DNA of 64,000 bases from Deltaproteobacteria bacterium CSP1-8 (GCA_001443455.1 LDXO01000005.1:67660-131659); one strand, 5' to 3'. Counted from the first letter of the stretch, positions 1-9,007 are shown. The notes: generated from the sequence alone by a model not told the origin. Numbers and translations: made by a program.

Positions 1-2
1 AC

Positions 3-338
3 ACGGCCCTGGAGAAGTGGGCCGCCGACAAGACCCGGACGCAGGTCGTAAAGACCCTCACGGATGCGGGCATCCTGGCCGCCCCCGTGATGAACGACCG
101 GGAGGTCTACGAATGCAAGCATTACCGGGAGAGGGGGACCCTCCGGTGGCTGGACGATCCCCTCTACGGAGACGTCCTGGTCGCAAGCGGCCACAGCGTG
201 GGGATGATGACGAAGACCCCGAGGAGAACCAACTGGATCTGGAGGCCGGTGGGCGCCGATAACGTCGGTATCTACCGTGACTTGCTCGGCATCCCGTTGA
301 GCAAGATCGAAGAGTGGTACAACAAGGCCTGGATCTAA
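3..338 (+). CDS. Family III (CaiB/BaiF) CoA-transferase, C-terminal part (5'-truncated by window edge)
   Basis: Open frame from the window start: [37 protein letters not shown]. It aligns with the C-terminus of 12532..13899 (ELEKWSADKTKEQV..RGTLAWIDDPTFGDV..FKPVGADN). Confidence 0.85.
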   Translation, partial: TALEKWAADKTRTQVVKTLTDAGILAAPVMNDREVYECKHYRERGTLRWLDDPLYGDVLVASGHSVGMMTKTPRRTNWIWRPVGADNVGIYRDLLGIPLSKIEEWYNKAWI

Positions 339-358
339 TAAAAAAAGGAGGGATCCCC

Positions 359-844
359 GTGGCGGATGTCATTTGGTGTAAAAAAGTGGTGGGTGGAAAA
401 CCGTGTAACACGGTCAACTACCTGGATCCCTATTGCTTCTGGAACTGGGAGGGGAAGACCAACTGCGCGGAGTGCGGGACGGTCTATTACATCTACATGA
501 TCCAGGGGCATATGTACAGGGGACCGGATGAAAAACCGGGCGAGAAGCCGGACATGAGTCCCCTCTATGCGGACAAGCCGCTGGAAGGCTACACGTATTA
601 TTTGCCGGGCGTCAAAGGCAGAACGAGGCCCTATGAGTGCCTGCCCAGGCATATCTATCTGGGCAGGGCGGACATGGTCAAGTTCAGCATCCGGGGGAAG
701 CCCGTTCGCGGATGGCGTCCTCAGCCGCCGAGCGGCGGGCTGGCCGGTCAGTTCCCGTACAAGTGGGATATCAAGAAGTTGTCTCCCGAGGTGTGGGCGG
801 AGTATCAGGAGAAACGGAAAAAGGGCGAAGTCAAAGAGTGGTGA
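359..844 (+). CDS. Unknown Cys4 (zinc-ribbon-like) protein, NYLDPxxFWN type
   Basis: GTG start after AAGGAGG. C..C.T.NYLDPYCFWNWEGKTNCAEC and SIRGKPV.G are shared with 13921..14316. Confidence 0.8.
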   Translation: MADVIWCKKVVGGKPCNTVNYLDPYCFWNWEGKTNCAECGTVYYIYMIQGHMYRGPDEKPGEKPDMSPLYADKPLEGYTYYLPGVKGRTRPYECLPRHIYLGRADMVKFSIRGKPVRGWRPQPPSGGLAGQFPYKWDIKKLSPEVWAEYQEKRKKGEVKEW

Positions 845-862
845 GAGAAAGGAGAGGCGGAA

Positions 863-1123
863 ATGGTGGATAAGGCGAAACTGACGCCCGAAGAATACCT
901 GGCCACGATTCTTGTTCCGGAGAAGGGGCGGGAGACCGGGCATGTCTGCTGGGATTGCAAACACTTGAAGCCGGTTCTGAAGGGCTCCAAGTTCCCGCCC
1001 GCAGACCTCATCGGCTGGTGCACGATGATCCACTGGCCCTTCTACTGGTGCATCACGGATTTCAACGTAGTCAAGAAGTGCTACGCCATGGAAAAGGGGA
1101 TCTATACCCCGAAGAAGTTTTAG
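863..1123 (+). CDS. Unknown small Cys-rich protein (CxxC..GxC..WP..C)
   Basis: AGGAG RBS. CWDC..GWC..HWPF..KC pattern is shared with 14351..14539. Confidence 0.75.
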   Translation: MVDKAKLTPEEYLATILVPEKGRETGHVCWDCKHLKPVLKGSKFPPADLIGWCTMIHWPFYWCITDFNVVKKCYAMEKGIYTPKKF

Positions 1124-1126
1124 CCT

Positions 1127-1420
1127 ATGGAAGAGAACGTTCGCAAGGAACTGGAAACGCTCAAGGGGATGGTGCTCAACTGGAAAAAGGATTATCTCGG
1201 TTGGGCACCCCCCGACGGGGGATGGGAGTATCTGCCTCGAGAGCTCCTGGAGGAGATCGAGACCCACATATCCCCGTACATAAGAAGAATGTACGAGTGT
1301 GACTACCTCAGCCCATCCGAGGTTCGGGAATTCATGGAGAGCTGCTACCTGCAGGTGGAGGACCTTCGGAACACGTTGGGGGAAATAGAGGCAGAGCAGC
1401 TTTCCGCAAAAGGAGGATAA
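1127..1420 (+). CDS. Hypothetical protein
   Basis: Tight spacing in the operon, normal amino-acid composition, no recognised motif. Confidence 0.65.
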   Translation: MEENVRKELETLKGMVLNWKKDYLGWAPPDGGWEYLPRELLEEIETHISPYIRRMYECDYLSPSEVREFMESCYLQVEDLRNTLGEIEAEQLSAKGG

Positions 1421-1422
1421 AT

Positions 1423-1842
1423 ATGCCCGAGAAATGCCGTGTGGGGGTCTGTGGGTTCGACCCTATGCTCGTGAGAGGATACCTGAAGACGGGGGAGCGA
1501 GGCCTGTGGTGGCACCTGTCGGATGAACTGTACGAAGAACTCGGTGTCAAGCCAGGGACCCCGGTCTCGGGGAAGATCCTCGCGGTTTACGATGGGGAAG
1601 GGAAAAAGGTCTCCTCCCCGAATGACGCCTTCAACTGGAAGACGGCCAAGGAGTCGGGCCTTGCCGTCCTTCTGCCGCCGGATGTGATCAGCAAGTACAA
1701 ATTGACGGCATTCCATTTCCTGGAACTCCTCGTGGAAAAGATCGGCGACAAAGAGGTCTATCCGGGGAAGGAGCAGATGAGTATGAAATGGTGGCCCGAG
1801 GCGAAAATGAAGCTCGAATACAAGGTGGGCTATATCGAATGA
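1423..1842 (+). CDS. Hypothetical protein
   Basis: AGGAGG RBS, 2 bp after the upstream stop, protein-like composition. Confidence 0.7.
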   Translation: MPEKCRVGVCGFDPMLVRGYLKTGERGLWWHLSDELYEELGVKPGTPVSGKILAVYDGEGKKVSSPNDAFNWKTAKESGLAVLLPPDVISKYKLTAFHFLELLVEKIGDKEVYPGKEQMSMKWWPEAKMKLEYKVGYIE

Positions 1843-1995
1843 GGCCCGGGGAAATTTCGGCGGCGGGCTTCACCCGATCGCCGGGATTTTTCCTCCCCCT
1901 CCTCATCCCCCTCTCCTGGTCGGGCCGTCCGGGGGAGGGGGTCACTTATACGGGGGGGTGTATCGGCACCGATCATGGAAAGGGGCCGGGTGGAT

Positions 1996-3201
1996 ATGAC
2001 AGAGAACGGGAAAACCTCGCACGAGTGGGAGACGAAGCATCCCGGTTGGCTGCCTCTGTCGGGTCTTCTTGACGGGGCGGATCCGTTTTTCGAAAACGTT
2101 CTCTTCCTGCCCGGATACGAATTTTCCTCGAACGTTTACATCGTGGAGGGAACGTATCTCTCGATCGTGGATCCCGGAAACGATTACACGTCTTTTATCG
2201 ATCTCTTCCGGCGAGGGTACAAGCCGGCGGACGTTAAAAAAGTGGTCGTTACCCACGGCCACCGCGACCACGCGATGGGAGTGTTCGATCTCCTGAGATC
2301 GTATCCGACCATCCTGGAAAACGGTGGTTTCGAGCTCATCCTCCACGAAGCGAGCCCCCGCGAGCTCAAAGACATGGTCAGGAAATCCGGCTGCCGCGTC
2401 AAGGAGGTCCGGGGCGGAGAAACCCTGGAGATCAGCGGTCTTGACTGGGAAGTGATCCACACGCCGGGGCATACCATCGACGGGATCTGCCTCTATCATC
2501 CCCCGAGCAAAACCGTCTTTACCGGGGATACGGTGTTGCCCCACGCCATGTCCGAGCCGGACGAAAATGCCGGAGGAAGGCTGGACCACTACCTGTTAGG
2601 AGTAAGGACGCTGCTCGGAAAGGAGATCGAGCACGTTCTTCCAGGACATGGGCTGCCCGTCCTCTCGTCGGGCAGGAAGGTCATCGAGGAGACGTACGAA
2701 GGCCTGATGATGAAAGTCATCGGCGTTGAAGCGAAGACGAAAACCCCGTGGATCGACGGAGCGACGGCGCTTGCCCAAAGGGGGTGCCTGGAAGAGGCCG
2801 CCTATTGCTGCGACAGGGAGCTCTTCCTCGATCCGCAGAACCGAAGGGCACATCAATTGAAGGCCGTTTGCCTCAACGATCTCGGGCGGTTCCACGAGGC
2901 GCTCGAATCCCTGGGAAAACTGACAGGGCTTGGTCCGCAGGACGATGCGGATCCGTTCCCGCTCGTCGGAAGGGGATACGCGCTGATGGGACTTGGCAGG
3001 TACGAGGAAAGCGTCAAATATTTCGACGAGGCGCTGAAGGTGACCCCCGGCATGAAAGACGCGTTGATCTACAAGGGGATGGCTCTCTATCTCGCTGGAA
3101 ACTACGATGCGGCGATGGAGATCGAGCTTTTCCAAAAAGAATTCGTCGGAAGATTCCAGGAGGAGCTACGCAGGAAGGACAAAGGCGCCGGGCCCGCGTG
3201 A
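1996..3201 (+). CDS. Metallo-beta-lactamase-fold hydrolase fused to C-terminal TPR repeats
   Basis: THGHRDH, HTPGHT, FTGDT and LPGHG motifs. TPR-like repeats follow (GYALMGLGRYEESVKYFDEAL). Start could be 1975 or 1996. Confidence 0.85.
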   Translation: MTENGKTSHEWETKHPGWLPLSGLLDGADPFFENVLFLPGYEFSSNVYIVEGTYLSIVDPGNDYTSFIDLFRRGYKPADVKKVVVTHGHRDHAMGVFDLLRSYPTILENGGFELILHEASPRELKDMVRKSGCRVKEVRGGETLEISGLDWEVIHTPGHTIDGICLYHPPSKTVFTGDTVLPHAMSEPDENAGGRLDHYLLGVRTLLGKEIEHVLPGHGLPVLSSGRKVIEETYEGLMMKVIGVEAKTKTPWIDGATALAQRGCLEEAAYCCDRELFLDPQNRRAHQLKAVCLNDLGRFHEALESLGKLTGLGPQDDADPFPLVGRGYALMGLGRYEESVKYFDEALKVTPGMKDALIYKGMALYLAGNYDAAMEIELFQKEFVGRFQEELRRKDKGAGPA

Positions 3202-3216
3202 CAGGCGGCGTACCCG

Positions 3217-3405
3217 ATGGGGAAGACGGAAAAAAAACCGCCGGAACGGAAACCGTGGGACCCGAACTGCCCAAAATGTCGCGAAGAGCTGCAACGGCAT
3301 TCCGATCTTTGGCAGGCGCAATACGATGATGTGGACCACGGTGCGGGGATTTACCGATTGCTGTTCGAGCATTACTGCACGCATAAAAACCGGCAAGAGG
3401 GATGA
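3217..3405 (+). CDS. Small hypothetical protein with CxxC
   Basis: 62-aa ORF with CPKC and H/C residues, co-oriented with neighbours. Confidence 0.45.
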   Translation: MGKTEKKPPERKPWDPNCPKCREELQRHSDLWQAQYDDVDHGAGIYRLLFEHYCTHKNRQEG

Positions 3406-3478
3406 GGGGGAAATGCTTTCGTATCCGGCGTTTGTCGGCCATGGGAGGGATTAGGAAGGGGGCAGGAAGGAATAAGGG

Positions 3479-3727
3479 ATGAGCGACGAGAATGGACCGA
3501 AAGATGTTGCGCACTATGGCATTAAGCCATTTGTCGCCCCCGAGATCGGCGAAGAGCCGCCGGTGGGAGCCTGGATCGCGAAGGATGCCGTCTGTCGGGA
3601 CTGCATGACGGCCGCGGAAGAGATTTCGATGCGGAGGGGTTTCATCGATCCGGTATCCGCCAGGGAGGCCCGGGAAAACGGAATCCTCTGCACCCGTTGC
3701 GGGAACGCCGTTCCCGTCGGCCCATAA
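3479..3727 (+). CDS. Small hypothetical protein with two CxxC motifs
   Basis: CRDC and CTRC motifs, purine-rich RBS. Confidence 0.55.
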   Translation: MSDENGPKDVAHYGIKPFVAPEIGEEPPVGAWIAKDAVCRDCMTAAEEISMRRGFIDPVSAREARENGILCTRCGNAVPVGP

Positions 3728-3745
3728 ACCGTCGGGCCCTTTCTC

Positions 3746-4246
3746 ATGTCAGGGCAGGTCAGCAGGGATGGATGGACAGGCGAGGTTCCCGTGTCCGTCC
3801 GGTCCGCCGCGGAAGGCGACTTGAACGGGATCCTGGAGGTCGAAAGACTCTCCTTCCCGATCCGGAATCAGTGGGATGTCGGCGATTTCCGGGAGGCATT
3901 GAAGGATCTGTTTCTCGTCTTCGCGGACGGGGGAATATCCGGGTTCCTGATCGCCAGCTGCTGGGAAGACACAAAGAGAGCCGTCATCCTGCGGATCGCG
4001 GTGCATCCCGGTCACCGCAATCGCGGGATCGCGACCAGGCTGATCGAAGCCGCGATCGGGACGTTCAGGGAGATGGGCTTGCGGGAAGTCGAGATCGACG
4101 TGGAAGTCGTGAAACGGGGAGCCATCCGTCTGTATGAAAACGTCGGGTTTCGAACCATCCGGGGCATTCCCATGGATGAAAACAACACGATGAGCAATGA
4201 AAACGGAAGTTTCTACATGATGAAGATGGAAATCAACAAACCATGA
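3746..4246 (+). CDS. GNAT-family acetyltransferase (RimI-like)
   Basis: IAVHPGHRNRGIATRL acetyl-CoA motif and AIRLYENVGF. Confidence 0.85.
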   Translation: MSGQVSRDGWTGEVPVSVRSAAEGDLNGILEVERLSFPIRNQWDVGDFREALKDLFLVFADGGISGFLIASCWEDTKRAVILRIAVHPGHRNRGIATRLIEAAIGTFREMGLREVEIDVEVVKRGAIRLYENVGFRTIRGIPMDENNTMSNENGSFYMMKMEINKP

Positions 4247-4326
4247 GCATCCGTATGGTTTCACAAGGCCACGGTTTGACATCGACGCGCCTGACATGAT
4301 CCATACAGGGAAGAGGCGTATGCGCC

Positions 4327-4599
4327 ATGGATCCCATGTGGTTCTACGACGAGATGGGGGACCAGGAAGAGTGGCAGGCCTTCCAGAAGGATATTCTGCC
4401 TCTGGAAAAAGAATATCTGGAGATCCGCGTGGCGCTGCGCGACGCCGAGGCGGCCCTTCGGGACGATCCCGGGAACGATATCCTCCGGATCCGGGTGGAA
4501 AAGCTGAAGGAGAGACAGGGGGAGATGGAACGGAGCGCACCGTGGATCGCCTCGGACTACCCGTGGGAGTTCTTCCTATGGGGAGTCCCCCACGGATGA
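4327..4599 (+). CDS. Hypothetical protein (coiled-coil centre)
   Basis: 90-aa ORF with protein-like composition, no motif. Confidence 0.6.
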   Translation: MDPMWFYDEMGDQEEWQAFQKDILPLEKEYLEIRVALRDAEAALRDDPGNDILRIRVEKLKERQGEMERSAPWIASDYPWEFFLWGVPHG

Positions 4600-4620
4600 C
4601 GTGCGATCAAGGGATGCGGT

Positions 4621-5088
4621 ATGGAAAGACCGTATCGATGTCCGGTGTGCAACGCCCCGCTGGAAGAGGATAAGGATGCGGGGTTCAAGATCCCGCCGCA
4701 ATGTCCCTACTTGAACACGGCGTACCCGGAATTGTGCTCGCTTCACGACAAGCTTTATTTCGGGAAATGGAGAAAAATGGAAGCCGACCCCAACGATATC
4801 AAGAGGGCATTCGCGAAGCTCGGCCGATTGTTGTCCAAGATGAAAGAAGTCGTAGAGAAGGAGAACCTCGAGCCTGCCCGGCAGAACCTCAAGAAGGCCG
4901 GCGAGGCATTCGCTATGGCGGACGTGGACGAAGACCCGTATTCCTCCATTAAACACATGGACCAGACGCTTTCGTACATCCATCACGCGATCAACGACCT
5001 GCTGCAGGGGAAAAAGGCGAAGCTTCATTCCCCCGCGGACTACGAGAGGCATTACGATGTCATTCTCCCGTTCAAGGAGGACTGGTAG
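4621..5088 (+). CDS. Hypothetical protein with N-terminal CPVC..C..C motif
   Basis: 155-aa ORF, Cys-rich N-terminus and helical C-terminus. Confidence 0.65.
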   Translation: MERPYRCPVCNAPLEEDKDAGFKIPPQCPYLNTAYPELCSLHDKLYFGKWRKMEADPNDIKRAFAKLGRLLSKMKEVVEKENLEPARQNLKKAGEAFAMADVDEDPYSSIKHMDQTLSYIHHAINDLLQGKKAKLHSPADYERHYDVILPFKEDW

Positions 5089-5113
5089 GGTTTTCGATCC
5101 CGCCAGGGAAACG

Positions 5114-5140
5114 AAAAGGGCTCCTTTCCGGAGCCCTTTT
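5114..5140. terminator. Bidirectional rho-independent terminator
   Basis: AAAAGGGCTCC-tttcc-GGAGCCCTTTT between convergent genes. Confidence 0.8.
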
Positions 5141-5173
5141 CCGTTGACGCGCGCCTTGAATGCGTCGCCGGAT

Positions 5174-5503
5174 CTACATCTTCCCCACGAGGATGAACGC
5201 GATGACCAGGGAGTAGATGACGAGGGACTCGATCAGCGCGAGCCCGACGATCATCGGGATGAAGATCTTGGGCTGGGCGGAAGGATTGCGGGCAATCCCC
5301 TCCAGCCCGGCGGCGATGGCCCGGCCCTGGCCGAGCGCTCCGCCGAAGGATGCGATGGCGATGCCAAACCCGGCGGCCAGGGCGATGAAGGTTTTGACGC
5401 TGTCGCTCGTCCCGGCGGCAGTCCCTTCCGCCGCGAAGGCCGCGGTGGCCACTGCTACGAAGAGCAGTGCGAGCAGGAAAGTGAAGGAAACTTTGCGGAA
5501 CAT
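5174..5503 (-). CDS. atpE: F0F1 ATP synthase subunit c
   Basis: GxGxGxG-like stretch, ARNP loop, LIESLVIY carboxylate site, N-terminal extension. Confidence 0.95.
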   Translation of the reverse strand: MFRKVSFTFLLALLFVAVATAAFAAEGTAAGTSDSVKTFIALAAGFGIAIASFGGALGQGRAIAAGLEGIARNPSAQPKIFIPMIVGLALIESLVIYSLVIAFILVGKM

Positions 5504-5587
5504 CGGGTACCCCCCTTTGCAGATGGTATTGTGGACCCCGCCGGTTGGCTCCGCCCTCCCGGCAGGGAGTGATGCCGGACTTGCCCC

Positions 5588-6343
5588 TTAATGCTCCTCC
5601 TCGTGCGCGACCGCCCCGGAGATATAGATCATCGACAGCACGGTGAAAATGAAGGCCTGCATGAACGAGACGAACACGCCCAGCCCGTAGAAGATCGACG
5701 GGACGACGAAGGGAACCAGCCCCAGGAAGATCGCCACCACGAGGTGGTCGCCGGTGATGTTCCCGAAGAGACGCAGGGAAAGGGACAGCGGCCGGGCGAG
5801 GTGGGAGACGATCTCGATCGGCAGCATGATCGGGGCCATCCACCAGACCGGCCCGAGGAAGTGCTTGAAGTAGGCGATCCCGTGTTCCTTGACGCCGTAG
5901 TAGTGGGTGGACAGGAAGATGACGACCGCCAGGCCGACGGTGATGTTCATCTTGTCGGTCGGCGGGACGAAGCCCGGGATGAGACCCAAAAGGTTCATGA
6001 AGAGGATGAAAATGAAGCAGGTGGCGAGCAGGGGGACGTACTGTTTCGCCTTGTGCCCGATGATGTCCTCGGCGAGGTTCACGAGGAACGACAGGATGAG
6101 TTCGAACAGGTTGCGCAGCGTGAATCCCGGCTCGGGGATGACGAGATCGGCCGGCTTCTTTCCCGCGAAGGTGAAAACGGAGACGGCGACGAGCAGGACC
6201 GCGATCATGATCGCGGACAGGACGTATTGCGGGACGTGGAGGGGGAGCAGCTGGAACCAGGAAAAGGCCTCGTGGCCGCCGGCCGCGAGGGCCGTGGCCG
6301 GCAGCAGCAGAACCCCCAGAATTCCGCCCGCCCATCCGCTCAT
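5588..6343 (-). CDS. atpB: F0F1 ATP synthase subunit a
   Basis: ARPLSLSLRLFGNITGDH and MQAFIFTVLSMIYI. Start placed at MSGWAGG after GAAGGGG. Confidence 0.95.
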   Translation of the reverse strand: MSGWAGGILGVLLLPATALAAGGHEAFSWFQLLPLHVPQYVLSAIMIAVLLVAVSVFTFAGKKPADLVIPEPGFTLRNLFELILSFLVNLAEDIIGHKAKQYVPLLATCFIFILFMNLLGLIPGFVPPTDKMNITVGLAVVIFLSTHYYGVKEHGIAYFKHFLGPVWWMAPIMLPIEIVSHLARPLSLSLRLFGNITGDHLVVAIFLGLVPFVVPSIFYGLGVFVSFMQAFIFTVLSMIYISGAVAHEEEH

Positions 6344-6363
6344 CGTGCTCCCCTTCCGTGACG

Positions 6364-6789
6364 TCACTTGGTTTCCACCGCACTTGAGAGCCCTTCGAGC
6401 AGGACGCCGAAAAAGAGCGACGACAGGCCGAGCAAAAACCCCAGGACGTCGAAACGCCCCGAGCGGACCACGAGGTAGACCGCGGCCACCAGGGCAAGGA
6501 ACTTGAGGACGTACTGGACGACGAACCCCTTCCTGATGCCGCCCTCGACCGAGAAGGCTTTCCCCAGGATCTTCCGGATCAGGAAGAAGTTCCCGTAGGC
6601 GATCGCCGCGCCGCACGCGGCCCCCGGGAGCATCCGGTACTCCCCGACGATCGCGATCCCGGCAAGGACCACGCCGGCGGAGACGAGGATCTTCCTCTCC
6701 AGGGACCGGGACGTGAGAACGCTCGCCCCGTCGCTTCCGCGCGGGGCGCCGGTGTCTGCCACCGTGGCTCCTCCCCTTCCGCCGGGCAT
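6364..6789 (-). CDS. atpI: ATP synthase protein I
   Basis: Small 4-TM protein between atpZ and atpB. Confidence 0.75.
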   Translation of the reverse strand: MPGGRGGATVADTGAPRGSDGASVLTSRSLERKILVSAGVVLAGIAIVGEYRMLPGAACGAAIAYGNFFLIRKILGKAFSVEGGIRKGFVVQYVLKFLALVAAVYLVVRSGRFDVLGFLLGLSSLFFGVLLEGLSSAVETK

Positions 6790-6790
6790 A

Positions 6791-7057
6791 TCACCTTCCA
6801 CCAGGCTTCCTCTTGTCCTCTTCGTCTTTTTCCATGTCTTTCCCGGATTGGAGGGCGGCGCGGTACAGGCTTCGTATGCCCGCCGCGAATCCGATCCCGA
6901 TCCAGACCACCGTCATCCAGGGACCGGTTCCGAGCCACTTGTCCAGGTAATACCCGACGGCCAGACCGATAATGACCGCAATGGCCAGCTCGAGCCCCAG
7001 GGCGCTGTATCGGCCCAGTTCCCGGAAGAGCGCCCTTCGGTCCTGTTTGTCGGTCAC
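6791..7057 (-). CDS. atpZ: AtpZ/AtpI-family small membrane protein
   Basis: GLELAIAVIIGLAVGYYLDKWLGTGPW family motif. Confidence 0.8.
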   Translation of the reverse strand: MTDKQDRRALFRELGRYSALGLELAIAVIIGLAVGYYLDKWLGTGPWMTVVWIGIGFAAGIRSLYRAALQSGKDMEKDEEDKRKPGGR

Positions 7058-7099
7058 GTCGATAAACCCCAGTTACCTATCACAATCTCCGGAAGGCCG

Positions 7100-8401
7100 T
7101 CAACCGGAAAACCGCGACCCCCATCCCCGGAGGGCCTCCCGGGCGGCCCGGATCGTCCTGTCGAGGTCCCGGCGGGTGTGCGCCAGGGAGACGAACCCCG
7201 CCTCGAACTGCGAGGGGGCGAGATAGACGCCCCGGTCGAGCATCCCGTGGAAATATCTGGCGTAGGCTGACGTATCGCTCTTTTTCGCCGTCGCGTAGTC
7301 GACGACAGGGCCTTCCTGGAAGAAGGTGGTCCACATCGACCCGACCCGATTGGTCCAGGTGGGGACGCCCGTTTTCCGGAACACCCCCTGGAGCCCCTCG
7401 CCGAGGTAGTCGGATTTCTCTGCGAGCTTCCGGTAGGTGCCTTTCTTCGACAGTTCGGTCAGTGCGGCGATTCCCGCGGCAACGGCCAGTGGGTTCCCCG
7501 AGAGGGTCCCCGCCTGGTAGACGGGCCCCTCGGGGGAGAGGATGGCCATCACGTCGCGCTTACCGCCGAACGCCCCCACGGGCAGCCCCCCCCCGATGAT
7601 CTTCCCGAGGACGGTCAGGTCGGGCGAGATCCCGAACGTTTCCTGCGCGCCTCCAAAGGCGACCCGGAAGCCGGTGATCACCTCGTCGAAAATAAGGAGG
7701 GCCCCCGCCGTGCGGGTGATCTCCCGCAGTTCGTCCAAAAAACCAGGGGCCGGGAGGACCACCCCCATGTTTCCCGGGATCGGTTCGACGATCACGGCGG
7801 CGATCTGCCCCGGATTCTTTTCGAAGAGGCGACGAACGGAGGCCGCATCGTTGTAAGCGGCGGTCAGGGTGTGCTTCGCCGTGTCTTTCGGGATGCCCGG
7901 GGAGTCCGGTTGCCCGAAGGTGAGCGCCCCCGAACCCGCCTTGACGAGCATCGGGTCGGCGTGGCCGTGGTAGCACCCCTCGAATTTCACGATCTTGTCC
8001 CGCCCCGTTGCGCCCCGCGCCAGACGGACGGCGCTCATCGCCGCCTCGGTCCCCGAGGAGACCAGCCGTACCTTCTCGATCGAGGGGAATGCCCTGCGGA
8101 TGAGGCGGGCAAGCGCGACCTCTCCGGCCGTGGGCGCCCCGTAGCTCGTCCCCCGGCCCGCGGCTTTCCGGATCGCGGAAACGATTTTCGGGTGGGCGTG
8201 GCCGAGGATCATCGGCCCCCAGGAGGAGACGTAATCGAGGAACGTGTTCCCGTCCGCGTCGGTCACGGTGGCCCCTTTCGCTTTCGCGACGAACAGCGGC
8301 GTTCCCCCGACCGACCGGAACGCCCGGACGGGCGAGTTGACCCCCCCGGGGATCAGTTGTTTCGCCTGCCGGAACAGTTTCCTCGATGTCGCCGTTTTCA
8401 T
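7100..8401 (-). CDS. hemL: Glutamate-1-semialdehyde 2,1-aminomutase
   Basis: PGGVNSPVRAF, SSGTEA, FEGCYHGH, FDEVITGFR and GKIIGGGLP motifs. Confidence 0.97.
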   Translation of the reverse strand: MKTATSRKLFRQAKQLIPGGVNSPVRAFRSVGGTPLFVAKAKGATVTDADGNTFLDYVSSWGPMILGHAHPKIVSAIRKAAGRGTSYGAPTAGEVALARLIRRAFPSIEKVRLVSSGTEAAMSAVRLARGATGRDKIVKFEGCYHGHADPMLVKAGSGALTFGQPDSPGIPKDTAKHTLTAAYNDAASVRRLFEKNPGQIAAVIVEPIPGNMGVVLPAPGFLDELREITRTAGALLIFDEVITGFRVAFGGAQETFGISPDLTVLGKIIGGGLPVGAFGGKRDVMAILSPEGPVYQAGTLSGNPLAVAAGIAALTELSKKGTYRKLAEKSDYLGEGLQGVFRKTGVPTWTNRVGSMWTTFFQEGPVVDYATAKKSDTSAYARYFHGMLDRGVYLAPSQFEAGFVSLAHTRRDLDRTIRAAREALRGWGSRFSG

Positions 8402-8450
8402 CCGGATCCCCTCCTCCAGGCCGCCGCCGAACTGTTTTAAAGGATGGCGA

Positions 8451-8480
8451 ATTGTATCCGCTGACCGAGCGGGGTGTCAA
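8451..8480 (-). promoter_or_regulatory. Sigma70-like promoter of hemL-atp operon
   Basis: On the - strand, TTGACA-N18-TACAAT about 50 bp upstream of hemL. Confidence 0.6.
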
Positions 8481-8545
8481 GGGGAGTATCCACCGGAATT
8501 GCAAACGGTTTTCCATCCGTCGCAAAACAATATTTTTGGTTTGGC

Positions 8546-8575
8546 TTGACAGGCGCGGAAGCCGGAGTGTACATA
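8546..8575 (+). promoter_or_regulatory. Possible divergent sigma70-like promoter
   Basis: TTGACA-N18-TACATA upstream of the 8627 ORF. Confidence 0.4.
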
Positions 8576-8626
8576 TTACTCTTTGGCGAACGACCGTGGG
8601 AGGCGGCGGTGCCGCCGGGGGAAGGG

Positions 8627-9007
8627 ATGACGAAGGCAATCAGCGAAAAAGTGCAGATCGAGACGGAGTTTGGGCCCCTCTGGTCGGGGGGGGATTCCGT
8701 CTCGATCGGGGACCGGATCTATACCATGATCGAGATGAAGCGGGCGCTCGATCTGGAGGCGGCGGACGTGGTGGGAATCGACCTCCACGCCCTTCCCGAA
8801 GGCCTTTTCGCATTCCGGTTCTACGACGGGGACGACCGGCGTATCGTTGTCTTCATGCTCGATTCGGAACTGAACATCGTGAGGGAACTCCGTGCCCACA
8901 TCGCCGAATGGCTCGAGGAGGAATATTACAAGAGCGGAATCGAGGCGTTCCTGGCCGACCGGATCGTGGGTATGCTCCACCGGAAGGTGAAGGGGGAGGG
9001 CGGGTAA
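8627..9007 (+). CDS. Hypothetical protein
   Basis: ATG after GGAAGGG, 126 aa, globular composition. Confidence 0.7.
   Translation: MTKAISEKVQIETEFGPLWSGGDSVSIGDRIYTMIEMKRALDLEAADVVGIDLHALPEGLFAFRFYDGDDRRIVVFMLDSELNIVRELRAHIAEWLEEEYYKSGIEAFLADRIVGMLHRKVKGEGG

Noticed and set aside
5086-5105. GGGTTTTCGATCCCGCCA resembling a tRNA T-arm and 3' end
   Set aside because: No acceptor, D or anticodon arms upstream; the region is coding sequence.
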